In this document: one piece after another, positions 31,339 through 44,200 of the stretch
Layout of the letters: each line of letters opens with the position of its first letter
Position numbering within the stretch: position 1 is the first letter of the stretch
Translations under genes and position numbers: made by a program
The notes under the pieces: model-generated
Databases searched by the model: none
What the model was told of the DNA's origin: nothing
What the model saw: only the letters and a program-made list of their open reading frames with translations
DNA from: Lama guanicoe
Lineage: Eukaryota
DNA: 64,000 bases
Assembly: GCA_013239625.1 (NCBI GenBank)
Contig: MU055362.1
Location: 15,545,405 to 15,609,404, forward strand
Direction: 5' to 3'

Positions 31339-32329
31339 GAAAATACCAGGGGGAGGCGGGGCCGGAGGGGGCGGGCCTGGAAATGACGCCACTGGCCACG
31401 CCCGCGAGGCGGGATGGGAGATAGGTCTGCTGGCCTGCGGGCGTCCGCAGTGTCTGTGAAAGCAGAGGGGCAACCAGACCCCGGGAGGGCCCCGCGGGAT
31501 TGGGGGGGGGGGCGCCTCTCCCCTCCCTCCAGGGCAGGCGCCGGGGACAGGAATGTCTTTCAAGGCTGGGGAGGCTTAGTCCGGGGCCAGGCCCGCCTTC
31601 CCCCTTCCCCTCCCCCGTCCTGGAGCAACCATGGGATTTTCTACCCCGACGGAGGCCACGGCTGATTCACCCCGGGGGCTTTTGGGGGGACATTCCTCCT
31701 GTAGGAAGTCCTCCTCCCCGAAGTCCTGTAGGTGGGGGCTCTTCCCGCTGGGGGCCCCGGTGTTCTGCCTCGAGAACTGGTCTCTGGGGCCACGGGGCGG
31801 GGGTGGGGAAGGAAACATGTCTCCTTGGGATGGGCTCCTCTATTCCCTTTTCCCGATACACCTCAACAGCCGTTGATTCCTACATCGCACCTGTTTGGGT
31901 ACCCAGACTCCCCTCCCCAGTCCCATAGCCTCGTATAATACATGAGTGTGTCTGCACCTCAGGTATACAAGTGTGTTTCGACCCATGTGCTTGCATGTTG
32001 TGTGAGCGTGGCGTGAACATGCGTGTACAGGTGAGCGTCCTTAAACTTCTCAGTGTGGATACATGTCTAAGCATGTAGGTAAGGGCACAGGTGAACATTT
32101 ATTTGAGTTTGTGCGTGATGGTGTAGGTCCAGGCATCTGTGCATGGGTGAGCGAGTCAGAGTGCACGGACGATGCTGTGCACACACCGGCATACGTGTAG
32201 GTGTACATATGGCCCGTGTGTGTGTCTTTGTACAAGGATATCGATGTGTATCCTTGTGTTTTGTTTGTGTGTGTGCTCTCTGTGAGTGTGCAATATGCCG
32301 CTCTCCAGCCCTGGGGCTCGGTCAGCTAA

Positions 32330-32640
32330 GGGCCCGCCTCCCGCCCTTCCCCCTCGCCCCCCAAGGGTCTGAACCCGGCCACTCACCGCTGCCGCGGCTC
32401 CGGCTCCAGATGCTCTCACGGCCTGACCCACCTCGGACCGGTCGCGACACCTGTCCAGCCACTAGGACTCCAGCCGGGAAAGCCCCTTTTCCGCCCCCGG
32501 GAGGGGGGAATTCCCGTGACGTTTCCGTGCGTCACTCTCCATGCCCCTTTTCACTGGCTGAAAGTTTAACTACCGCCCTCACGCAGCCAATCGGGAGTGA
32601 CTCAGGCGCGCCCCTTGGAGGGGAAATATTCGCGTAGAGC
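32330..32640 (-). promoter_or_regulatory. NFKB2 distal promoter and non-coding exon 1 (donor at 32386), kB sites 32476-32485 and 32505-32515, CRE-like cgtgacgt 32515-32522, CCAAT ~32588
   Basis: CpG island; gggaaagccc and ggggaattccc motifs; actcac donor complement; exon 2 acceptor at 31141. Confidence 0.75.
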
Positions 32641-32938
32641 GGGAAGCCAGGCTGTGGATGACAGTCAGGTAAGAGTTCTGGCTTGGGGACCAGCTAGCTG
32701 AGGGATCCTCTGACCAGGCCGGCTCCAGTCTTCTCACCCACCTAGGCCTGTCCCAGACGGCTGGCAGTCCCCTCTGCTACTTGGCTTATGCTATACCTAA
32801 TGCTTGGCCACTTTGGAAGCCGGGGAACCCCAGGGGGAAGCTGGCGGGCCCCAACCCTGTGTTCCTCCGCCCGGAGCGGGGCCCCGGTACCGGGAAGAAT
32901 TAGGGGAAGAGGAAGTTGATCTTGCAGTTAGTCCCAGA

Positions 32939-32952
32939 GCGCCATCTGGCGG
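32939..32952 (-). promoter_or_regulatory. CTCF-like motif CCGCCAGATGGCGC, with a nearby ETS/PU-box gaggaagt (~32909-32916)
   Basis: Close match to the CTCF core consensus. Confidence 0.55.
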
Positions 32953-33569
32953 AAGCTACAGGGAGACTCCGTAATCGTCTCGATCAGTATCTTAACTCAG
33001 TCTTCCCTGGAAGAGACAATCTGTACCTAACTTATTCTTAAAAATAGCAGGTTAACAGCGGGCTAGACTTTCAGACCTGAACTCAGAAGCTCTGCTTCGG
33101 GTAAGGGAAAATGCGGTGTTTATCTGAGAGACTCAAGCCTTGTTCATCGCTCACGGAGATTTGGAATATTAGAATTGAAAAGGCATCCAAAATTAATAGT
33201 TCAGACTTCCTCTGTTGTAGGAAATTGCCCTTTGTACAATTTTCAGCGTCTGCTTCAACACTTCTAGCGACAGCAAGGTCGGTACAGAATTTCATATAGT
33301 AGTGAACTCGGCGGCTGGACGTCTCTGGTTGGTAGAATTTCTCTTTAGGTGGTACCATGAGTAATCTCCATTACTGGAGGCATCCTCCCTTAGGCTCATG
33401 GTAGAACACAGGCTGTTATTTCAGACCTTTCCTGCAACTTTCCCCTGACCTTAATAACGGAATTACGGGCCTGCAGTAGCTCTGTATAAATGGAGACTAT
33501 TATGGCTCTTGATTTGGGCTATTTCCTGTCACTTCCCCCTCATCTTCATCTTGCCTGCAGATGGAATGT

Positions 33570-33770
33570 GCCAGATACTGTGTTAAGGTACTTTAGTATA
33601 TATTCTTATTCTTCCTCCCAGCAACACTAGGAGGTAAATATTACCTTTACTTTACTGATAAGAAAAATTAAGTCTCAGAGAGATGAAGTAACAACACTAA
33701 ATGCACAGCTAGAAAGGAATAGAACAAGAATCAAACCCAGTCTGTTAACTCTAGGACAAAGCTCTTTACC
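33570..33770 (+). mobile_element. MIR SINE
   Basis: tttactgataagaaaattaagtctcagagagatgaagtaac...acagctag...aatcaaacccag. Confidence 0.65.
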
Positions 33771-34379
33771 CTAATTTTGTGTAAAACAAAGCCAGCCTTT
33801 CCAAATAACTTGCAGGCCTCCAAATAACTTGAAATCCAGGGATATTATCTACTACATCCCCCTGGTAAGTCAGATCCTTAACCCTTAAATTAAAATGGAA
33901 TGAGGTTAGATTGGTATACTCCTATTTAGTGAACCTGTGCTGGTTACCATGAATCCCATTGTCCTTCAAAGTGCTCGTAAACCAACAGCTGAAATTGACA
34001 TGAACTCTTCCAGTCTCCACAATGTCTCTAAAAGCACCCCTAAGAATTGATCTATTTTAGTGATAAGATTCTGAGCTGTAATTTATCTGAAGATTAAAAA
34101 AAGAAAAACCTTCATTATAGAAAATTTCAAACATATATATATATATAGTGGAGAAAATAGCATAATGAATCCCCAGGTACCCATTTGTCAGCTCCAACAA
34201 ATCCCACTGTTGGCCTGGAGATTTAAACTGACTCAGTTTATTGTTAGTTGCTATAGCCTCACCAACTGCACTTAAGAAACCTCTTCATTGTTAGTTCCAC
34301 TAATTTCCAGTCTAATGATTATCTGTTTCTGTCCCCAGCCCTAGCACTACTGCTGGCCCAGAATGGAGTCACCATTAAT

Positions 34380-35370
34380 TCACTCCATTCATTCACCAAT
34401 AAACAGTGAGGGCCTATTCTAGAAATCAGTGTTCCTGTCTGCAGACAAAAATCGAATGAATGTATATATGTCAGTTGGTGATTAAGTGCTACAGAGAAAA
34501 ATAGGATAGAGAGTGATAAGGGTTTTCTGTGTAGAAGTCAGGGAAGTCTTTTCTGATGAGGTAACATTTGAAAAGTGACTTGAAATAAGTGAGGAAGTGA
34601 GTTATGTGGGTAACTGGGGGAAGAGTATCCGAGATGGAGGGACTAGCAGTGTTTGGTATATTTGAGGACCAGCAAGAAGGTAGGTGGGAAAAAGTAAGAA
34701 CTTCAGATTTTATTTTGAACCATCTGAGGGTTTTAAGTAGCTGAGGGAAAATGATATGACATGTGTTAAAAGCATCCATTTGGCTGCTGTGTGCAGAGTA
34801 AGGTATAGAGAGTATGGGACTATAATGGGGGGGCAGTAGTCTAATAGGTGGTGTCTTAGACTTGGATGGTGGTGGATGAGGGTGGGAGAAGTAGTCACAA
34901 CCTAGACAGATTTGAAAATCAGAAGCAGTGAGCCTTGCTGAGGGATTGGACATGGGAATGTGAAAGGGCAGGTGGGGGAGGGGATTGGTACAAGAACCTG
35001 AAGAGATGGAGTTGTCATTTACTGATAAGGGGCAGACAGAGGAGAGGATTTGTAGGGGGGTAATCAAGAATTTTTCCTCTTAAATTTGTTATATTTGAGA
35101 GCCTATGACGCATGCAAGTGGAGATGATGAGGGGTAGTTGTACTTAAAGTCAGTGTAATGGATGGTATTTAAAGTTTAGACAGCGGACATCACCCCGTGA
35201 TTGTGGAGAAAGGAATTGACCAGCACTGAGCCCTGGGGCATTCTTATGTTCAGAGGCTGTGGAGATGAGGAGGAGCCAACAACGGAAATTGAAAAGGCAG
35301 AGGAGAACCGAGAAAAACTAGTGTTGCTGAAGCTAGGTGAAGAGTATCTCAAGGAGGGGGTGATGAACTA
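34380..35370 (+). mobile_element. Degenerate L2 LINE fragment
   Basis: cattcattca start, gaggtaacatttgaa, gggttttaagtag, tggctgctgtgtg, ggattggacatggg. Confidence 0.65.
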
Positions 35371-37636
35371 TTTACTTGAACTAAAGTTCTTTTTCCTCAA
35401 CTAAGCTCAGAGGCTGAGTAGTTCTTGCTTTCTTACAGCCACTTGTCTCCCAAGCAGTGGGCCTTGAACAAAAGTAAATCCCAAGGGCTTCAAAAGCCAC
35501 ATATTTTGTTGTTCCTAGCATATTTTCCCCCACAGTGGGGAAATGTGTGCCCATTGTAACTAATTCTGTAATTCATCCTTCCTGGTATCATTCTTATGTG
35601 CTTAGAAAATTTACATTTATTCTTGGTCTTCTGTGTCTTTTTTCCAGTTTTCTAGTGAATTCTTGGCTTACTATTTAATTGACTATTTCTTCAAGGTGTT
35701 CAAACTCTTATTTCTTACGAGAAGCTACAGAAAATGTATGTAGTTTTGGAGGGTTTCCACACCACCACCATCACCACTACTTTGGAGTTTAGAGTGAGAC
35801 AGACTAGCTCCCTAACTTCCCAGGGATTTGGCCTCTGAACATGTTGCCTCACCTGTAAGAGGAATAAATACTTCTACAAGGTTGGGTGCGCAGTGCACTT
35901 TGTATTGACACCTATGACTCATGTTAGGGTCTTAGGTCTGCAGCTTTCCTCTGGACTTTTTGAAATCTGCTAGCCTAGAGTTCTTATAGGAGACAACATT
36001 AAGACCAGCATTTCCCTCTAGATCACACTATTACTTTCCCACAAATTTTTGTCACTTCCACGTCACCAAGCCATGCTTCTTTGTTGGTCAGAATTAAGGC
36101 CTGAATATTAGTTCCTCTTTTAGCTTCCTTTGCCTTCTCAGAGATAATACTGTCAACAACACAAGGCATGTATGTGTTAGCTGATCTTTCTGTAACAGAA
36201 GGAGACTTCCGACAAACATTTTTCTCTGCTTCCCAGCGAGGAGGGATTCAGTTTGCAATCACTCCCGCTCCTTTCCTAATATTGCAGACTGAGGGATACA
36301 GACTTCATATTTCTTTGTTTGCAGGGTGGCCTTCAGAGTTCTATACAGCAACCAATGTTGTTCCCCCCATAGGGAAATACACAGAGCTGTGGGGCTCAGA
36401 CGGTAGAATAGAGACATTACAGCAGAAGCCAAGGGCCCGAGTGTCTACCTGACTGTAGGTCCAGGCTTTTCTGCACTTGTACAGAAAAGTGCAGATGCGG
36501 CGTGCAGTCTTACTTCTAATTTTCCCAGGGGCAGGGCAGGCAAGGCTTCTAGTTAGTGTGGGAAGCGGGCCACTTGCAGGAGAAGGAAAGGAGAGGGGGA
36601 AAGTAGTGTAGGAGCAGCAGGGCTCATGTCAGTATTGTTTTACATCAGGCTGTTTCCATTTCCAAGGTGCTCTTTTTACACCTGAGGGAGGCAGTTACAC
36701 GGACGTCCAGACTCCTGGCAATATCCACGTGGTTGTGCTGGGCAGAGAGAAGCCTGGGATGCTGAGTGATCACATAGCCAGCTGGGCCCAATGAAGATGG
36801 TGAGTGTCCCTAACTCTCCATGAGGGAGGCTAGCTGGTAGTACAGCAGAGTACCACTCTCTGCCCTCCCTGGCCCCCAAAGGGGAATGGGATCACTCTGG
36901 AGGAAGAAGCCAAGATGATGGAGATGCTTCACTTGGGAAAGCTTAATAGCATTCTGCATCCACAGTCAGCCAGCCCTGCAGGGGCCACACTGCCTGCCCC
37001 ACGCACACTCCCACTTGTCTTACCCCAAAACAAAGGGAAAGAAGGGGAGGGGTTCTCCAACCATGCTTCAGTGACTGGGGTGGATGGAGGCTGTGGGGTG
37101 GGAAAAAATTTTCCCTCTTCAGTTCTGGGCCAAAATGAATGCACTGTGCCAGAAACACATGATCGCAGCTGTGGGCAAGATAGCTCCCTACTCCCTGAGC
37201 CCCATGAGCTCCTTTGTGTTCCTGAACCACGAGGCACATCTGGGGGAAGACTTCTGAATAACTACAACTCAGCTCTGGCTCACCTTCCCTTTGACCAGTC
37301 TAGGCTGTCACAGACATCTCCATTGGAGCAGTTAGGGAAGAGGACAACTGCCCTCTAGCATATCCCTGGTGACAAGGGCACACTGCTATAGTGATGGTGG
37401 TGGTGGCAGCAGTGGTAGCAGTGGGGCAGCGGTGGCAGCAGCATTGGTGAAGGAATCTTGACCAAGTCCCGGCGTCTGGCTGGCTGGTGGCCAGGGGCCA
37501 CGTGGGCCAGACTGTTGGTCGGCTCGGTTTCACTTCTGTTCATGCAAGGTTCAAGCCCTAGGTATCCCAGTAACATGCTGCCCACAAGCTCAAGAAAGAA
37601 ACCAGAGGTAAAGGCAATGATATTGGTACTAAGACA

Positions 37637-37642
37637 TTTATT
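37637..37642 (-). terminator. GBF1 polyadenylation signal AATAAA
   Basis: tttatt on + strand, about 560 nt past the stop. Confidence 0.85.
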
Positions 37643-38200
37643 ACATCATAGAAAGTCCATTGTTTGTCCTGTTTTTCCATATGTACATGCTCCTATGGGC
37701 AGTCCCTCTGTCCAGCCCCACCTGCCCACACTCCATGGTGCCAATCAACTCTCCAGACTGACCAACTAATGAGTAAAAGAGGAAGAACTAGAGGAGGTGG
37801 CCCAGGGCTGATGGGAGTGGGGCTGGGAGAGGGAAACAAAGTGCAGAGTGGTTGGCTTGGTTCTCGATGCCTGACCACGAGCAGGAGGGGCATGAGAGCA
37901 GGCACTGCAGGGTTGGCATACTGATGCCTCCCCAGAGCTGCCAGGCTGCAGGTGATACCTGAGTGTGTTCTCAGGTCAGACCCGCAGGAATGGAGAGCAG
38001 AGGAGGAAGGTCCCACAGACTGACTGTGGGGACTGTGGGTCTCAGGAGGGGCTATAAAAGTTCTTTTTCAGGTCCCCATCCAAGCAGCAGTGAAACAGCC
38101 TGGGCTGGGACTGGAGAGTTTGTGGCCCCTGGAACAGCCAAGTGGGGAGCCAGGGACAGCCTGGTAGGAAGTACTGGTCCTGATCTCTGAGGAGCCTGCC

Positions 38201-41200
38201 TTAGTTGACCTCAGAGGTGGGCATGGGGTCTGTGGGGCGGGGTGTGGCCAGGAGGGGCACTGGTGAGGTGGCCTCGATGAGAGCGGGGTTGAGGATGATG
38301 GGCAGAGTCATGGGTGGCACGCCCACCTGCAGTGGGGAGGCCAAGGGCTGCAGGATCAGTGGGGGCTGAGCCAGGGGTGGAGACCCATCTGGGGTAGGGC
38401 TCAGCCTGCTGGGGCCGGATGCCGCTGGTGATCCAGGGGAGCTGCTGTTGGCAGGTCGGGGGCCCTCCGGCTTCTCAAAATCTACAGGGAAAGCAAAGTG
38501 GCTACAGTCAGACTCCCTCACGTTTCATAGCTGGTTTACCAAACTTCTGATCCTCCCCATTCCTGTCAGCAAAATGACCCAGTCTACCTAGTTGGGAGTC
38601 TCCTCTCAAAACTATTCTATTCTGATGTCCAGCTACCTTCTTTCTACCCTCTACCTCTTTTGCTGTACCTCTAGTCAGCCTTTTTGGTCTGGACTTTACC
38701 AAAATCCCTGAAGGGCAACCTCTGCACATTCATTCCAAGTCTCTGATCCAGCCTTCTCCTCTGAAGCCTGCAAATCTCAAGCATCCAGCTCATCATAGCT
38801 GACCCGGCCCTGCCATTTCCCCTAAGAAGAGCAGGTGAACAGGATCCTCTGGTTCTTCCCTTCCCTTGGCTCACAGCCCACGCTCGGCAGCAATCCCAAG
38901 CTATCTGGGCCTCCTCTGAGGCCTCCGACTTCCTGCTTGACACCCAGCAGGCTCACTCAGAGGAACTTACCACAGGTCCCCAGCTCAGAGGGCATCTCTG
39001 GGGGAGGTGGATGGCCAGGTGTCCTGGTGTCGCCAGCAGCAGGAGTCAGGTGGGCTGAAGCCAGAGGTTTGGGGACATGAGGCTCCATGGGCACAGGGTC
39101 TGGGGAGGGCAGAGAATCCAGACGGTGGCTCTTGCTGCTTGCTTTTAAGTGGAGCCCTGGCTACCCACAAGACTTCCCATCCACCAGGGCACAGAGGACT
39201 AGTAGCTCCACTCTTTTTTGATGAAGTTGGGCAGAGCCCCCTACCCTGGATGACAGTCTGCTTGAAGAGCTCATCTCGTAGGTGGGGCAGGAAACAGTCA
39301 ATGCGCTCCCAGGTGATCTCCCAGAGGGCTGAGGGGCTGCCTCCTCGGGCATCCGCACTGTGGAAAATCTCCGCTGTGTCCATCACCAGGAGCATGTTCT
39401 TCAGAGACTCAGGGATGGCCTCTGACTGCAGGTGGCAGTGGGGCCATGAGAACAGGAAAGGGGCATGGAGGGTATGGTAAGGAGGAGGTAGCCACCAAGG
39501 GGGAAACAGCAAGTCTTCCCAGCAGGTGGGAGAGGAAGCAGGCAGTGGGAATGGGGCTGAGGTAGAACGTANNNNNNNNNNNNNNNNNNNNNNNNNNNNN
39601 NNNNNNNNNNNNNNNNNNNNNNNNNNNNNNNNNNNNNNNNNNNNNNNNNNNNNNNNNNNNNNNNNNNNNNNNNNNNNNNNNNNNNNNNNNNNNNNNNNNN
39701 NNNCTTTCAGCCGAGGGTAGGGTAGGAGCCTTCTGCACCCCTCTCCAAGGCTGGGAGGCAAGGCTGCCCTATCTTGTGTGGGAATCTTAGATCAGAGACT
39801 CCTCTGAATTCCAGAGTCCTCCCCGGTCCCTGGTTCTGCTGAGTCTCCACAGCTGGGGGTCCTGAGCACCTACACTACATCTCTAGGTCCTACCAGAAGC
39901 CTTGGCTTCCCTGTTTGCAAAGAGACAGGTGGGGGGAGAGTGGGTGGGTGAAGGGTGGTGAGCAGTACCTTAGAGAGCAGTGTGGAAGCCCTCATCCGGG
40001 TCTCCTCCATCCCGCCCACATCTGCAGGGCTGATGTTCTCCAAGAGCTTGGTCAGTAGAGGAAACAGCACCTGATGGATAAGAAGCCAACATCTCCTTAG
40101 CAGGGTCAGATGGCAGCCTTGCCCACGTGACCCTGGGCTGGGGTGGGATGGGTACAGAGCAGGAAGGAAGGTATGATGCAGGCTGAGGACTGACATTAGG
40201 GGCTGTTCAGGCTGCCTGGCTCTCCTTGTCTTTAGGATTCACTTTACTTTAAGAACAGAGGGAAGGCCTACCTTGTTAAAACAGGACTCCCACTCCAGGG
40301 CATCTAACTTTTGCAGATCATGTACCAGTAGTGCTCGCTGCAGATAGGTCAGTGCCTGCATCCTCACCTGGCGCCGGGCGTCACAGCACAGGCAGGCAAT
40401 GCCTGAGAATAAGAAAAGGCTTGGGATCCTTCAGGCATCCTGATACTTCCCAAGCTCTAACTCCACCTCTGCCCCTGCCCTGCCAGCTCCCCTGAGATTT
40501 ACCCTGCAGTAAAGGGCACCAGCAGTGGGCCCAGAGGGTACGTGAATCCGCTTCGATCTTCCGGCCTCCTGTCTCCAGGTGGCGCTGCTCCTCCGCCCAT
40601 GAGCTATAGATAGAGGCTGCCCTTGTGTGCAGGGTGTGCATCAGGTCTAGTAACTGGGGTCATAGGAGGGGCAGGACATGAGTCGGGTTAGGTCTGGTGT
40701 ACCTCCTCCCCGCCAGCCCACCTCCACTGTCCCTGACTGAGTGGACAGTCCCTCCCTCAACAGAGCCCCTGGTACTGATCACACCATACTTCACCCCTCT
40801 CCTCACTCCCTTCTTGACCCTTCTTGACTTCATGAACTGGTTGTCCTAGTCCTGGCCAGTGTTTCCCAAAGTTGGGTATTACTCCTAGTAGAGGGGACTT
40901 GAGGAGGTGTGTGGACAAAGGATTTAAGAACACAAGTACACAGTGAGAAAGGAGCTTTCTTTTCAATTCTCTTTCACACCTTCTTTTTTTAAAATATCTT
41001 TTTTTTTCCTGGGGGGCAGGTAATTAGAGTTTATTTTTAAAGGAGGTACTGGGGATTGAACCAAGGACCTCATGCATGTTAAACATGCACTCTACCACTT
41101 GAGCTATACCCTCCCCCGTTCTTTTACACCTTCTGATGACAGATAAAGCCTCATCTTGTTAATCTCATTTTAAAAATGAAAGCAAACCTCGGGCTCAGAG

Positions 41201-44200
41201 GCTTTGATGGGCAATAGTGTCTGTCTGGCCAGATTTAGTAATTTTTTATTTTCATCATTTTTCTAAGGTTATTCTAGTTAAGGCAATTAGTTCTCCATTT
41301 ATTTAGTGATATAAAGTCTGCTCATGAAATAAATTTTATATGCCTTGAATAGACAGACTAACTCTGGAAGGATAGAAAAGAAACTGGTGGCAGAGGTTGC
41401 CTCCAGGGAGCAGAACTTAGCAGCTGGGGACAGGAATGGAATGGGACTTACTTTGATCTGCTTACCCTTTTGTACCTTTTGAACTTTGTACCATGTACAT
41501 TTGAATCACTTATTTAAAAAATAAACTGTAACTTAAAAATTAAGCAAAGACACACAGGTGCTCTTAGGGGAGTACTGTAGAAGTACTGGCTGAGGACCTA
41601 GGCTGGAAAACAGGCCCTTCCTCTCAGTCCTGGCTGTCCCTGGCCCGACCCAGACTCCCAATGTCAGGTGCAGGGAGAGGAGAGGAAGTAAAGGGTGCCA
41701 TACTTACGTCCTGACTGACCTGTAAAGACACCGTATGGTAGCTAGCAGGCACGCCTTCATCCTCATCGTCATCACTATGCCCACCCCGAGTGGCATGTTG
41801 GTTGGAGGTTCGAGGCCGCCGAAGCATTGAGCTTTCCTTGGATTTCTTCTTGAAGCGGTTCCCTTTGCTGTCATATTTGTGACTCTTGCCACGTTTCTCC
41901 TGGGACTTGCACCCTGAGCAGGGCCAGACCCAGGTCACATTTCCATATCCATGGGCACAAATGGCCTGCCTTTTCCTCCCTTTCCCCCATAATTCACATG
42001 GCTACTCCCCAACTGCCCGTTCATCAGGTGACCCACCGCCATTCAGACTGGCCTCCACAAAGATGCGGAGAGTCTTGACACAGAGCTCAAAGTTGTCAGG
42101 TGTGATATGGGCAGCGTCACGCACGATGAAGGACAGTGACTCCACGCATTTGAGCAGGGACTTGGTGTCATGTGGCCCGAGGTCCAGCCCCACTGTTAGG
42201 CTGTACTGATTGACCAGGGGTGAAGGGCCTGGTCGGCTGGGCCCAGGCCCTGGCTTGGAGTTATCAATATCATCCTTCCCCACCTGTGAAGTACAGAGGA
42301 GCTAAGAATCCAAGCTGGACCCCGATCTTCCCTGAGATGCCCTCTCAGAGGACCAGGGATCTTTCCCACAGGCCAAGGAGGAAAGACCCACCCGCTGCCC
42401 GTACACTCACTCACCACTAACCAACCGCTGTTGACCACATCAGCATCTGTGGCCGATCGGTGAATCTTGCCAGGCCTGCCATGGTCAGTGTAGACCTCTG
42501 AGTCAGAAGTGTACCCTCTGTCTAGGCTCACATCATTTTGATGGTAGGTTGGGAGCTCACTGTCCGACTGGGCCCCTGAGCCAGTAGGGAGAGGGGCAGA
42601 GTCAGGGTGGAGATGTGGACATTGGGATGAAGGATAATTTCAGCTCTCAGAAGAAAGGTGTAGAAGCCTGGCCTCTCTTTTCTCTTGGTCTGGTTTAGTT
42701 TCAGCCCTGTCACCAGAGGGCTGAAGGATGGCCTGGAGAGCTTCTCTCTTGACCAAATGCGGCAGCAGGCTAATTTGGGCTCCTGATGGCATCTAGTAGC
42801 AGCTGTCACAGAAGGAGGTGGCAATGAGGACATAGTTTCTGAGAAAACAGTTCTCAGAACAGTAGGAAGCCTGGCTTCATAGCCTTCTCCCTTGCCTACT
42901 TGCCTTTACGCTGTTTAGTCTGGGTAATGGGGAGAGGCCAGTGGGCACAGGAAGCTCTGGAAGTAGATGGCAGAAGCCAGGGGTGTTTAATCTGCTGAAT
43001 GCTGCAATAACCTGTGTTTTGTCTTCCTGTCTCAACCACTGGGGCCATAACTGTTTATCTGCCAGTGTGGGTCCCTCTGGAAAAAAGCTTACCAGCATCA
43101 GGTGCATCGGCCCTGGCTGTGGCCTGCAGGGCAGCTGGAGGCTTTACGCCAGAACCAATGCACTCCAGCAGTGTGAAGAGGGTGGCCCAGTCATCACCTG
43201 AGTGGATGTTGGCTGCGTTGGTCTTAAGGAGTTCATGGAGCCCATAGGCTATCTGGTGACTGACTCGGGATAGCACGCTAGGCTTCATTAGTAGCAAAAT
43301 GCGCAGGGAGAGCAGTACCTAGGGTGGGGATGGAGAGCAGGAAGTAGGAATTGGGCACACAGCATCTTGTCTAGTCTCCTCCCCAACAAGTCTCCTTAGG
43401 CCAGTGAGGACAGTTTGGCTAAGATCCAACTTAGCATACTTTGTGGACAGATGGCCAGGCTAGGGATTGGGGTAGGAAAGAGGCAAGTGTGGTTATAAAA
43501 GGGCAACATGAGGGAACCTATGGTGTTGGAACTATTCAGCATCTTGGGTAGTGGTGGATATACAAACCTACACAGGTGATGAAATTGTGTAAAACTTACT
43601 ACATACATGTATACACATATTTAGTACAAGTAAAACTGGGGAAATGTGAATAAGATCAATGAATTATATCTGTATCAGTATCCTAGTTATGATACTATAG
43701 TTTTGCATAATATTACTGGTCTTTTCCTTTTTTCAGTTTTTTAACAATTAATTAATTAATTTATATTTTTAAAAATTAAAAAATATTTTAGGGGGAGGTA
43801 ATTAAAAAATTAAACTTTTTAAATTGAGATAATTATAGATTCTCATGCAATCTATTTTGTAATACAAGTGTTGAATATGTCAGGTAATTCATTGAATACT
43901 GTACTGAAAGTGGCAAACAGAATGGTTTTCTGGGTGCAGAACAGTTGAAAGCGCATCAGTTGTTCACCTCGTGATGGCGTGGCTGACTGGGAGCTATGGC
44001 TTCCTGCACTGCTCAGCATCACAAGAGAGTACTGTAACTGCATATCACTAGCCTGGGAAAAGATCAAAATTCAAAATTCTAAGTATGGTTTCTACTGAAT
44101 GAGTATTGCTTTTGTAAAGTCACGGTAAAGTCAAAAAATCTTAGTCAAACCATTGTAAGTTGGGGGCCGTCTGTACACTTTACCCATTTTACCCCAACGG

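Noticed and set aside
34489-35067. 192-aa ORF between NFKB2 and GBF1
   Set aside because: Lies within an L2 remnant; no recognisable protein or promoter
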